DNA of 64,000 nucleotides. It comes from Takakia lepidozioides (taxonomy: Eukaryota; Plantae; Bryophyta). The notes under the pieces were generated by a model, which was given only the letters and a program-made list of their open reading frames with translations, was not told where the DNA came from and ran no database searches. A program made the position numbers and the translations under genes. This document shows positions 23,601 through 34,908 of the stretch, one piece after another (within the stretch, counting starts at the first letter, position 1; every line of letters starts with the position of its first letter). Location: assembly GCA_030704615.1 (NCBI GenBank), contig CM060731.1:91326001-91390000 (forward strand), in the 5' to 3' direction.

Positions 23601-24583
23601 GTTTCTGCTGCCTCTCCCACTTCAGCGCAACATTCAGCGTCCAGAGAGTGAAGTCCCTCAAAATTTAGATGAGAGTGAACCCACCGGCAACAGGAGTGCT
23701 CTCAAGCGGACATTGAGCGCCCTCCACTGACTCAGTTGAGTGTGCAAACCTTTCTGCTCATGCAGTTCCAGCAGTCAATACTCACTCCTAGTGATGATGA
23801 CGTTCATGCCCTGGAAGACCACCCTCTCCTATCACCTTCAACTGAAAGACTTGGCTGTAGACTGAGCATTCATACTGTTTGTCCTTCTCCAGCTTGAACC
23901 ATGTCACATCATGCTCATCCTCGCCAACACCTCCTGAGCATCCAACTATCCGCTCATCATAGTGTGACTCCACATTGCAGGGGCATCCTTGGTTCCAAAG
24001 GGACCACGAGGCGGATCCAGATCAAAAGCGCTTCCCACCCGAGCGCTCCGCTTCCAACTCCTCCAGCTCAACTCCTGTTGCAATTCCAAAATCGCCCGAG
24101 CTGCCTCTTGCACTTGCCAAATCACGACTACGATGCAACCACCGCGCATATGAGAGACCCCGATGTTCTGATTGCTCCGCTTGCGGTTGCGGGTTACACA
24201 GCAATGTCGGTGGAGGCACACATGGTACACGCCTGGATGCAACCAACCGTGGAGAGCCTGCATCCAGCGCCTCCTCAACATAGCGCCCCCACTCCATCTG
24301 GGCCTTGCCATCACACCACCAGCTGCCATCGACATCCTCCGCAGACGGGCGACGCCCTTACAGTGGAAGCACACCTCGCCAATGCCAACAGAAATATGGG
24401 CAGACCACCATTACTCTCTCTTCTACCACACCATTGCGACTGAAGATGTGAGACGAACTCAAGCTAGAGCCGTTCTATGCTCCTTGCTTGAGCTGCGTAC
24501 AAGACCATGACCATCTATATTATAATAGTGCTTAAAAAAAACAAAAACATCATATCTAGCTTAGCACTGGAAAACTAGATAGT

Positions 24584-24600
24584 GCTCATCTCTCTCGAGT
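24584..24600 (-). promoter_or_regulatory. Primer-binding-site position complementary to the element's own LTR (self-priming candidate)
   Basis: GCTCATCTCTCTCGAGT (24584-24600) is the exact reverse complement of ACTCGAGAGAGATGAGC (24788-24804). Confidence 0.8.
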
Positions 24601-24954
24601 GATAACCATACTAGGAAAGGACACACTCTCAACACAAGAAATATGCAATCCCTCAACATCACTCTTTAAGATAATAGTCGAGCCAGGGGCACCCCAAGCT
24701 ATGGGGACTCCACCCCACAACAACCTACACTCCCATCATAAGCACACTCAGATCTGAAGAATGCAGGAGCTCGGTCGCGCAGGCTCAACTCGAGAGAGAT
24801 GAGCCGCGCGACTGCCGCTCTCGTGAAGATAAGACGGACCAGGTGTCAAACTAAACTTGACACCTGATTTAACACTTGACCTAAATCCAAGTGTTAAATA
24901 CAAATAACTAGTTTTATGCTAGCTGTTTTCACACTGTGCTTATTTAACTTGACA
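24600..24954 (-). repeat. Terminal repeat B, 5' copy
   Basis: Matches 12611-12965; reads TGTCAAG...TATCA on the minus strand. Confidence 0.95.
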
Positions 24955-27659
24955 CACGCATTGCCGCTTTGTCGGCACCCTCCTGCTCTTCGATGTATAC
25001 GCTACGTCTTGCCTTTGCAATTTCTCTGAAAAAGAGGTTCCTCGCCACGACTGCACGTAGTTCTCCATTGTCTCAGGCTTCGTCCAGTCGATCTGTAACT
25101 TGAAAGTGGTGGTGTTGCAGTCCAATTGCTCCTGGGCGTGGGTCAGTACCTGCATCATGGCAGGTTTCCAAAACATTCATGATTTTGAAATTGCGACGAT
25201 GTCCAACACAGAATAGGAGAAAATTATACCTGATGCCACCAAGTCATGACATTGAGCCAGTCATTCATTTTGTCGTCTGTTGGCTCGATGGGAAAGTGGT
25301 ACAGCAGCTTCGTGTTTGTATGGCCGTTCCAGATTCGCAGCCACCTCGTCTGCAGCCATCTCACATCGGTCAGACAAGAACTCCAACATAAGAATCGCGA
25401 GAAGTCACAAAACAAGAATAAACACATGCTTACCTTCTCCGCCGGCTCAACACAGGACACTGCGATGTGATGAAGTTTCTCCATGGACATTTCCGGTTTC
25501 ATGGGTCTGGAGTAATGCAGTCCTATCTCTGCCAGGAACTCGGCACCAAGACCAGGGTCAGCGATTGCAACTTGCTTAACAAGTTTGGACCTGTACTTGG
25601 TCCAGGATTGCTTCCCTGCCTGCACAATATGATTCTCTATTGACGCGTCCGCCTTGTTGGGGGCATCATTCTCAAAGAACTGCCTTTTGGCATAGGCCAA
25701 GTCATCCCTGATGTTCGTCTGCATTCCCATACCCAGCAGATACAGTCAGGCCACGGATCCCTGCAACAAATAACATTAAATTGATACTGAAATTTGAGAT
25801 GAACCTCACCAAATAGAGGATCTCCACCATGGCGTCCAGTGTTGGTCGGTACCAGGTGCGATCTGCTTTCGCTAGGGACTTCCTGTACAGCTCGGGATCG
25901 AGGGACTTTTGGAAGTCCGTCAGCGGAGCTGTCCCCACTTCTTGCACTCTGTAGAGCGTATGTGCCAGATGAGTTTCCACGAAGGCCCTCTCTGTTACCC
26001 TGCCATGGAGAAAAAAACAACATGAAAATATGATTTCGGCACAGCAATCCAATTTCCAGTTCATAGAGTGTATGACAGTGGTGAACATTGCCTATTTCGG
26101 CGCCGCAATAGGCAGTACACAAGGATGTAATTGTATACTTACAGATTTATATCCGCCATGGCACCCTTCAACAGTCCTCTGTCCCTGACGTCCACCTTCA
26201 CGACAATGCAGTCCACCATGTAATGCCAACTGATATCTTGCGGATGCATTTCAGCAATGTACTCTGTCCAGGCAAGCATCATGTGGTTCCCGTCCCAAAC
26301 GAAGAACATCTTCCCTTCCATGTGTGCGAATGTGGGATTAGTCTTCAGATAGGCTTCAAACTCGGCATTAACAGTGTGCCAGTGGGGGCCCCAATTCTGA
26401 AGCTCCTCTGCAGTGGGGCCCCTTGTGACACCCTGGTCATTCTCAATGGAAACGTAGAATGCTGCCGACCCCCGTCTGTACCCTTCTCTGAAGTTGTGCT
26501 TCAGTCGATCGATATCCCCTGGCAGTGCTTGCCTTACAACTGGAAGGCTTACCATGCGACACAAAAGAACTTTGAGGTTCTCCGGATACACCATGGAGCC
26601 CAAAACGCGGCCTATGTTGCTATGAGTCTCTGCCAGCAACCTGTTTGCTGCTATGTTCATGTCTCGTGCGCTCATGAGCATACCCGCCACCAGTTTCTTA
26701 CTTGTATCACCTCTGTCACTTTCCTCACCCCTCTCACCAGCCTGTGTACTGTCCTGGAGGTTTTGCTCCTCCGCAAGCTCCAGCAGGTTCTGATCGTCGC
26801 CAAGTCGTACCACGTTATCGTCCTCTCCTTCTGTCAGTTGAATGGGCCGCCCTTCTGCAGATCCGACTCCCACATCTCCAGCGGCCTCCACCGCATCTGT
26901 GTTTTCTGAAATTGACTGCAAACCCAATATCTCTGCTTCCAGTCTCCCTAGGGGTTTTACTGGCGAAGCCATGGGCTCCTTCTGCTTTCTCGGCTTCCGA
27001 ACTCTAGGTGGGCTTTTCGGAGGCGATATCTGGGGTGTTGAATGAGGACTCGTCTGCCTCGATGCACTTCCACCTTGTGAGCGCAGCACCCGGGCAAGAG
27101 TATCCAAAGTTGACTGTGTTGCCTCGCCCCCCTGCGATCCCTCCCCAGCTCCCATGTCAAACAAACAGGAAAACATGAGACACTGCACGCCAAAAAAAAA
27201 AGGTGTAAAAGGAATATTGCGTATGGAGTGCTTCACATCCGCGAAGCACGAATCTCTCACTGGTGGGCGATCCGAGTCTCCGGATAACGAGGTCTGCATT
27301 TCATGCATGAGACGGAGCTTAAGTCGTGTCGTCGGCGGCTTCCCAAAATCCCGCGTCCTCCTCTTTGCCAGAGTCGCCTGACCTTCCACAAACTCTATGC
27401 TACCACTATGCCGCATAAGGAGAGGAAACGCAGGAGAACGTCCCTGCAGAAGGGCAAGGAGCGAGAGAGCGAAGCGGTGGAACATGCAACCACTATGCAC
27501 GAGCAGATGCGTAAGCAGCCACGTCTCCCAAAGCGTTGCCACCGTCCAACACTTTTTGCCGTATGGGTGATGAAGAGATTGTGACCCCTGACATGTTCGC
27601 ACGGATGAAGTCGACTGGAACACGACGCGTGCCAGTTCCAGCCACCAGTACAAGACGGT

Positions 27660-29420
27660 TTATCCGAATTGCGGCACCGAAATACCTTCCGTACACCGGA
27701 TGCTGTTCCCGGAGCAGCCGACATTGAATGAAATATCCGCACATCATGAAACCCAACCGCCAAGAAAATCCCCTGCCTATGACATTCAACAGTCAGATCG
27801 GTACGTTTCAACAGCGGACGGATGAATTTCGGCGCCGAAATTCATCCTATTCAAGTGCTTTCATACGCAAACTTACGAATTTCGGCGCCGCAATTCATCG
27901 CTTCCGAAGTCCTCATCCGTCATGAGCAAACCTGTCAGTGGGATATCGGAGCCGGAATTAATTCCGGGACAGTGAAAACGGTTGCACTTGGGCACATTTC
28001 ATCCATATTTCGGCGCCGAAATTCATTACGAATATCTCCGTCCGCGCGTAGACGAGGTGAAATCATCATTACTTCGGCGCCGAAATTCATCCAGAGCGAA
28101 GACTAAATTGGCACCATGCTACGCTTTGCCGCCATCATTGCCCCTGACGGATGCTGTCAATGCCTGTTGGACTTGCCATTTGTGGACATTTAACTATAAT
28201 TTCGGCGCCGAAATTATACTTTATGTGCGGCAACGTCCCGTGCGAAAATGACCACTTAATGGATACTGTAGGTTTCAAATGAAAAAAAACGGCTAAAATG
28301 CAATTAATTTTGACAGAAGTGGTTTAATATGCCGATTTCTCCATTAAATGCAGAATATTCCTGTTATATTCGTCGGAACGGGGTATTTCCAACGATTTAC
28401 GGAAAATTATCATCCAAAAGCAAAAAATAAGTGCCGGGTTTGGACGAATTTCGGCGCCGAAATTCATCCGTCGCATAGAAAATGTAATATTAGAGTTACT
28501 CATTGTGGACAGTAAGGATGAATTTCGGCGCCGAAATTGATCCATTTCAAAGAAAAATAAATATTGGAGGGAGGGCATTGGATGAATTTCGGCGCCGAAA
28601 TCCGGCGCTCAAACCCTGAAAAGAATTTGGAGGGATGAAGTCGGCTCAATTTCGGCGCCGAAATTCATTGCTCGCGAAGGAAAATAAAAAAATTCGGGAG
28701 GACTTCGGATGAATTTCGGCGCCGAAATTCATTGCTCGCGAAGGAAAATAAAAAATTTCGGGAGGACTTGGAATGAATTTCGGCGCCGAAATTCAGTGCT
28801 CGCGAAGAAAAAAATAAAATCGGGAGGATTTCGGTTGAATTTCGGCGCCGAAATTCATTGCTCGCGAAGAAAAAGGAAAATTAAAAGGGAGTACTTGGAT
28901 GAGATTCGGCGCCAAAGTTCATCTGTCGCAAAGAAAAATAAAAACAGAAAGGACTTCCGATGAATTCTGGCACCGAAATCCATCCGCAGGGCAGCAGAAT
29001 TAGGGTCGGAAAAGGAGATGAAGAATGAATTTCGGCGCCGAAATACATCCATTCTGCCGATTCAGGATTACTGTCATTCGGAAGTCGGCACCGATATCCG
29101 GACACGTGGTCAATCACGACTGTAATCAGGAACACATTCATCCGTATTTTGGCATCTAAATTCAACCCATATGTGCAGATACAATTTAATGAAGAAGAAG
29201 TTCATCCGAATTTCGGCACCGAAATCCATCCGTTGGGTGCTTGGTCAGTTTAATGAGGTAAACAAATTACGATTTCTGTTGCCAGAATTCATCCCTTGGC
29301 TTCCAAAGCTGTTACATGACAGAGATGTTCATCCAGATTTCGGTGCCGAAATTCATGGGAAGGCCTGATTTATTGTACCCCAAGTGGTTGTACATTACAA
29401 TTCAGGCACCAAATATCCGA
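27660..29420. repeat. Array of palindrome GAATTTCGGCGCCGAAATTC between the divergent genes of E2 (~62-bp tandem units at 28640-28920)
   Basis: About twenty or more exact or near-exact copies visible. Confidence 0.92.
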
Positions 29421-29558
29421 TGTGAACTTGCTGTTTTCGTCCGTTTTTTTAACGTACGTTACACACCTTCATCTTTACGTGCACTGATCACCCATCCTGT
29501 TGGATACGGAATCCTCCAGAAAATCATTTGTGTTATTAGGTAGGACACACTCTTCTCA

Positions 29559-32500
29559 TTGCAGGACTTCGTGCGGAGTGTACCGAGAGGTCCCGTCTTC
29601 AAAATGGACTCCCGTGTTTGGGTCAACGTGTACTTCCATCCTGATTCTCTGAAAGCTAAAATACCCTGCGACCAAGGATTTGCGATTGTCACTGAGCAGT
29701 ACTTGTGTGTGAAGTTCGGGCTCCGCCCTGGAACGGTGTTTTTGGAAGAGGAGACGAAGGATGCTTATGGAAATTTTCTGGAAAGTGCCGTCATTCTGCA
29801 TGCAGATTTCGGAAAAGGCAAAGAGTGGCGGCTCCCAGCTTCTGAATCCATCCGGTACAGTGCCATTGGTGAAATCGTGCCTAAAGAGTTCCCACGCTGG
29901 AACTTGGTTGATCCTCCTTCCACAAGAGGGTCTGGCGTGCAAGATGTGAAGGATGTGGGCACCTCTTCACAAGCAGAGAAGCCCAAACATGTGAAAAGGG
30001 AAATCCAGGAAAACAGGGAAACAGTCGTCCACGACTTATCCAGTGACGATGAAGACTGTATGGTCCTTCCATCGTATGTTTCGAAGTCGTCCGTCACTAG
30101 GAGTGTTCAGCATACACCGTCCGACTCAACTTCCGTCCGCTCAGTAATCGACATATTGCGGAGGATGAAGACAACGGGTTCCCGCTCCAGTGACCTTCTT
30201 AGGTTGATTACGACAAAACTCCAATCCATTCTGTGGAAACTTTGCCTGATGTTGTGGATGGGAATGCTATCTACGAGTTCCCTCCAGTGCCGGCAGGCGC
30301 AGGCCCAGACGGCATGCTCGCAGAAATGAACAGGAAACATGACGGCCACCCTTGGTGTGTCACCAAAACTTCATCGTCCAACCTGGGTGATGGAGTTCGA
30401 GTGAGATATGTATTGTGTGCTGGGCATCTTAAATGTTTCTCGAGCACATGTTACCATTACACTAGCAAAGGCACCAGGAATGAGACTGACTGGATTGGCA
30501 ATTCGTCGACCCCATTTTGCCTCAAGGTAGAGTTCCTGCAGGGACGTTCAAGTGTGCCCATTGCAACGCAGCCCCTACGTGCATGGCAGTGTGCAACGCC
30601 AAGCAGTACTACGTCGGGACCGTCGGCCCAGCGTGCACCAGAGCATGCATTCACATCGGAAAGCATGAGCACCCCCTCGCCAGAGGCAATTGCAGAGTCG
30701 CTTTTCAACAAGCCCAGGATATTATCAAGGAGGAGGTGAGGTTGAGGCCGGGTGCAAAACCAAAGCAGATACAGCTCGCATCGGCACATAGGATTGCAAT
30801 TGGCAGAATAATGTCGGAGGACGGAAGCACAAGAGAGAAGCTGGGCGAGGGGGACATGAAGGACCTGCTGGAAGCTGTCTCCCATGTGTGCAGCCCCAAT
30901 GTCAGGAACCACATTGTCAGCTGCAAGAAACGAATCGGAAGAGGATCAGACATGCACTCCATCTTGGAAGTGAAGCGCACATGCGGCTACGACTTCATCC
31001 AAGGCAGCTTCTTTCCTGGTCAAGGCTCGGAGACGGACATGTGCTTCATATTTAAGATGTCAACGTGCGGACCGGGGAGCGGCGTCGATTTGGTGAAGCG
31101 GATGACCAGTGGAGACCTTTCAAATTGTTGGGTCATGTTCGACCACATCCGGTGAATTACCAACCACGATTGGGTGACAATGGGGGCACATGTATACGAC
31201 CCACATTGCAGAAAGTTGATGACCATTGCTATCTGCGAAATGAAGGGAGAAGACACAGATTCGGAGTTGCATATGTGGCGGGCAGTGGATGTGAAAGATC
31301 AGCCAGAACTGCAAACGTGGCTTGCGTGGTGGCATTATAGATTCCGCCAGTTTGGAGACTACATGAGACAGGTAACACATTTCTGTACTTGACAATTGTT
31401 CTATTTTGTGCTTGGACATTCTCCACAATCAGTGACATATCTAATTTCCTTCAACAGGACATGAGCTTGGAGGATGACACGGATATGCCGACGACGAACA
31501 TGGCCGAATCGGTGCACTCTTCCTGGCGTGCTTCCTCTGCAGCACATCTCGTTGACATGTTGACAGCAACAACAGAAGATATTGTGAGGGCCATCATGCA
31601 ACAATCTCATTACTACCAGTTTCTGGGAGGAAAGCAATGGGGTATCGGACCAGACAGGCAGGAGATGCTGATGAGGGCGGCGCATCGTTCGACCGATCCC
31701 AAAAAATGGACTGCTGCATTGCGGGAAACAATAAGGTCAACGCCGTTACACAGTCGCGGGAACTGCCTGGAGGGCGATGTCCGCAGCCGGCCGGTGAAGA
31801 GAAGAATTGAGGACATGCCCGGAGGGGATGGGGATTCATGGAGATCAGATATGAACATCCGCACTCAACCTCGGGGCGCAACGATGTTGCGTCCCACGCC
31901 TCCACGAAGCAGGACTCGTACCCCCTCTCCTGCAGCATCCATGGAATCGCTGCCAGACTCGGGACAACATGCCGAGGATGGGCATGTTGCTCCTGTTTTC
32001 GTTACCCAATACAACATTCCAATCGTGGAGCGAGATGTGTCGGCCTCGCAGTGGAGAATTGCACGGACCCGTCCGACATTTCGTGGCAAATGTTGTGCTG
32101 TTCGTGTCGACACCAACCAGAGATGCAATGAGATGATTCGGAGGAGCCCGCAGGGCAGGTGTGCCTGCCCCTTGCTTCACAGGGAGATTTGTGTGCGCAA
32201 AGTTTGTGGAGGCCACACTGAAGGAGTTTTGGTTCTGCAGGCACGACATCATGTCGTGTGTGTTCGGCAAGCCCAAGTATGGTGTACAAGGCATGCCTGA
32301 ACCACCGGCAGTCTGGCCTGTGGCAAGTGGTACAGATCTTACCCTGGAGGAGGCAGACGCTCTAGGAAGTGCAGGGTTTCGACTGGTGGAGAGGACAGAC
32401 GTTCCACGAAATCCAATTCCCAATCGTCATCCTCCTCCCACGAGAAGCTCTTCGGCCCGCATACCGGTGGGTGACCCCGCAGCTTGGCCCACCCATCGGT

Positions 32501-32886
32501 GGGGTAAACTGAAAAGACGGCGGCCACCAACAAAGGCGAACGACACCAGGATGGCCAACGCTCTTGCAATGCCCTGCATAGTGCAAGGTTGCAGGGATGT
32601 TCCTCACCCCGGGATGGGGCGCATATTTCAGTTGTCAACAGCCGGGTCTGCTGCGTGCAGTGTCGTGTATGCAATCACGGTTTCACAGTACCCAGCTTGC
32701 AACTGTGAGGACTTCCTTGTTATGGAATCGAAGAATGCAGCATACGTCCCCTGCAAACACCTTTATTACATTTTTATGAAGCGCATGAGTTGCATATCCG
32801 CAGTGGACGTCTTCATCCATGCTCCAACATTGAGTTTCAACGAGCTGCACAAGGCCCTACGGCAGGATACTGGTCGGACTGCTTGA
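29559..32886 (+). pseudogene. E2 transposase, paralog of 3307-7016, with frameshifts, a stop at 31153 and a core deletion at ~31281
   Basis: RKHDGHPWCVTKT, RPGAKPKQIQL, WVMFDHIR*, TTNMAESVHSSW, SWIM CNCEDF..PCKHLYY; same intron position (31372-31457). Confidence 0.92.
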
Positions 32887-33342
32887 CATTCCACATTCGG
32901 GAAGGAGAAAGTGGCAATTATATTACATTCATCTTCTTGCACCCTATTTTTTTGTGAGGAATTATACACTTGGTGGTGCCGCATCGCCATGGCTACATGT
33001 GAATTTCGTCCACCTTTATGAGAAGACTCCAATTTGCTACAAATACATTGTTACTGTTCTGCAAATGTGATGCCTTTACAAGATTGCTAGTTCTGTGTCC
33101 CAGTGGGAAGGGTCCTACTGCACATTCCAGCATTTGCATACTGCACCTTGTGCAAACAGCAATCCATACGACAAAGGACACGTCCCAGCATACTGGCAGT
33201 GAATTGCAAAAAACCTTAACAGAAGATTATCGAAGCATGTATATTCCCCATATGGCACAGGGAAGCTGCTTGATTTCTGAATGAAAATGTATGTGCCATG
33301 AGTGTCAGCGAGTTGAAACATGTCTACTCTAGCATGCAAGAC

Positions 33343-33897
33343 CTATGGTCCCCTCGCCCAAGAAGAAGGAACTCGAACTGGCCTCTCAAGGACCTCCTCA
33401 GTGACCGGGTGCCTATATTTGAACAAAATGTCAGTGGTTTCTGTCGCCCGGTTGAAACTAACGAGGATGTCGTGTTTATCGATAGCGCCCCCTTGGTAGA
33501 AGGACATTTTCACAGTGGGCCCTGTGTTCCCCTCCTCCTCATCCTCATAACTGAAGAGAATGTCCCCACTTTCCGAGCCAGTCCGTCCACGCGTAAAGTT
33601 TTCACCTATGCACTCATCATACGTCCACTCGCAACAATTCCAGCGATACAGCAACGCTGTGCGTGATCTGTTCGGCTCCCACACATGCGGAAAGTCCAGG
33701 TCCATGATGCGTAGGAACCACCTGCTCCCCAGCCGGGGTCCAGGAGAATCGTGCAATCCTGCAAGAAACTCCATTGCTCTCAGCTGGACAAGTCGAGGAT
33801 CGTCCCTGTAAACATCCAGGAAGACAATGATGTCGTCTGCTTTCGGGAAAATGACTCCCGTCTGGCGTCGATAGATGTGATTCGGGCACGACATGGC
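33343..33897 (-). CDS. Orphan accessory protein (~185 aa, RWNCCEWT family)
   Basis: Intact ORF with two diverged homologues in E3. Confidence 0.7.
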   Translation of the reverse strand, partial: AMSCPNHIYRRQTGVIFPKADDIIVFLDVYRDDPRLVQLRAMEFLAGLHDSPGPRLGSRWFLRIMDLDFPHVWEPNRSRTALLYRWNCCEWTYDECIGENFTRGRTGSESGDILFSYEDEEEGNTGPTVKMSFYQGGAIDKHDILVSFNRATETTDILFKYRHPVTEEVLERPVRVPSSWARGP

Positions 33898-34009
33898 CTC
33901 ATGACACAACACGAACTCAAAGCAGGGAGGAGATGGGCACAACAGAGAAGAGTGAAGAGCAAAATGAGAGCAAGGCCTCCCTCACCGTAAGGCGGGTATT
34001 TGCTCTCCG

Positions 34010-34480
34010 ACGCCCAATTTCGGCACCGTTATTACATGGAGTGCGGAAGCTTCAGCCGAGAATTTTGTTTCCGCAGGTCAATTTCGGCGCCGTTATTGGT
34101 TGCAATCCCCAGCCTTCAGCCGGGTATTTGGTTTCCGGACCCAATTTCGGCGCCGTTATCGGCTGCACTCCGGTGGCTTCAGCCGAGTATTTGGTTTCCG
34201 GGGCCCATTTCGGCGCCGTTATCGCCTGCACTCCGGAGGATGCAGCCGGGTATTTGGTTGGCAGAGCCCAATTACTTTCACCGTTGTTGGCTTCACTCCC
34301 GAGCCTTCAGCCCGCTATTTCTTTTCCTGTGCCCAATTACGGCGTCGTTATACCCAACCATCCTGCACTTCTGCAATAGTACTATCCACGGTTATAGGTC
34401 GCCATTGCGTTTTCGGAGTCTGCAAACCCGGATCCTAATTCCGCTTGCGTCTCTGCCTCTGGGATAATTTCGGTGCCGTT
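34010..34480. repeat. Subterminal array of ~63-bp units, core AATTTCGGCGCCGTTAT
   Basis: Units near 34017, 34080, 34143 and 34206, then degenerate copies. Confidence 0.85.
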
Positions 34481-34908
34481 ATTGCCCAAAATTCAGTTAT
34501 TCTATGACCTGGCCTGGCGGTCCATGAGCCTGGGCTCCAAGTCATGAGCGTACACTGGTACTCATGAGCGGAGTGCTTCCAGCATGAGCGCGGAAATCTT
34601 CGATTTTTGATTATTTTATAGTTTTTGGCCCGAAAAAAATCTGCCGAAATTCGAAGTGTGTTACTTTGCGGCTCATGGGTTAGCCATGCCCGCTCATGAG
34701 CTCATGGAATAGCAACCCCCTGTTGGAGGGACATGGGAATGCGAGTTTGGATTCAATATATCCGTACGATCTCAAAAGGACCTTCTGAAGGGTGAGATGC
34801 ATCACGACATGAATACATATAAGAAACTGGCATGGTGCCACACCATAAGTTAATTACATGATATGGTCAAGAAACAATATATATAATCAAATAACCCTTC
34901 TGTGTGGG

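Larger units (their letters stand above)
12525..24954 (-). mobile_element. Ty3/Gypsy-type LTR retroelement with DNMT and PHD domains and split terminal repeats
   Basis: TGTC...GACA termini. 4-bp TSD CACG at 12521-12524 and 24955-24958; removing the element restores the host exon ADKAAMRVLFR. Domain order gag-PR-DNMT-RT-RH-IN. Confidence 0.95.
9610..27155 (-). pseudogene. Multi-exon ParB/Srx-like plus beta-class N4C/N6A DNA methyltransferase-like fusion gene of E2, disrupted by the retroelement and a transposase fragment
   Basis: ParB-like VVRQA..DIDRLKHNFREG..FFVWDGNHMMLAW (~26170-26560). MTase motif IV-like DMILVDIPDG (11396-11407). After splicing intron 10671-10791, RSPAFIQTLMETCT..GRVLDVTANTG|ACMWAGRMSNRFVFSFEGD fits motifs X-I-II. 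Start codon uncertain. Confidence 0.78.
8919..34720. mobile_element. Large MULE-like DNA transposon copy E2, both ends present (~13.4 kb without the nested retroelement)
   Basis: Termini GAGGTTTACTATTTCATGAGC and GCTCATGGAATAGCAACCCCC. Flanking direct repeat TGTTGGAGG at 8910-8918 and 34721-34729 (9-bp TSD, typical of Mutator). Confidence 0.93.

Noticed and set aside
12525-24954. DIRS/Ngaro tyrosine-recombinase element suggested by split direct repeats
   Set aside because: No recombinase motifs seen; a HHCC-DDE integrase, protease and 4-bp TSD are present.
27660-29420. Palindromic repeats with variable spacers resembling CRISPR arrays (also 38030-40160)
   Set aside because: Spacers are mutually homologous and irregular in length, there are no cas genes, and the context is a eukaryotic transposon.
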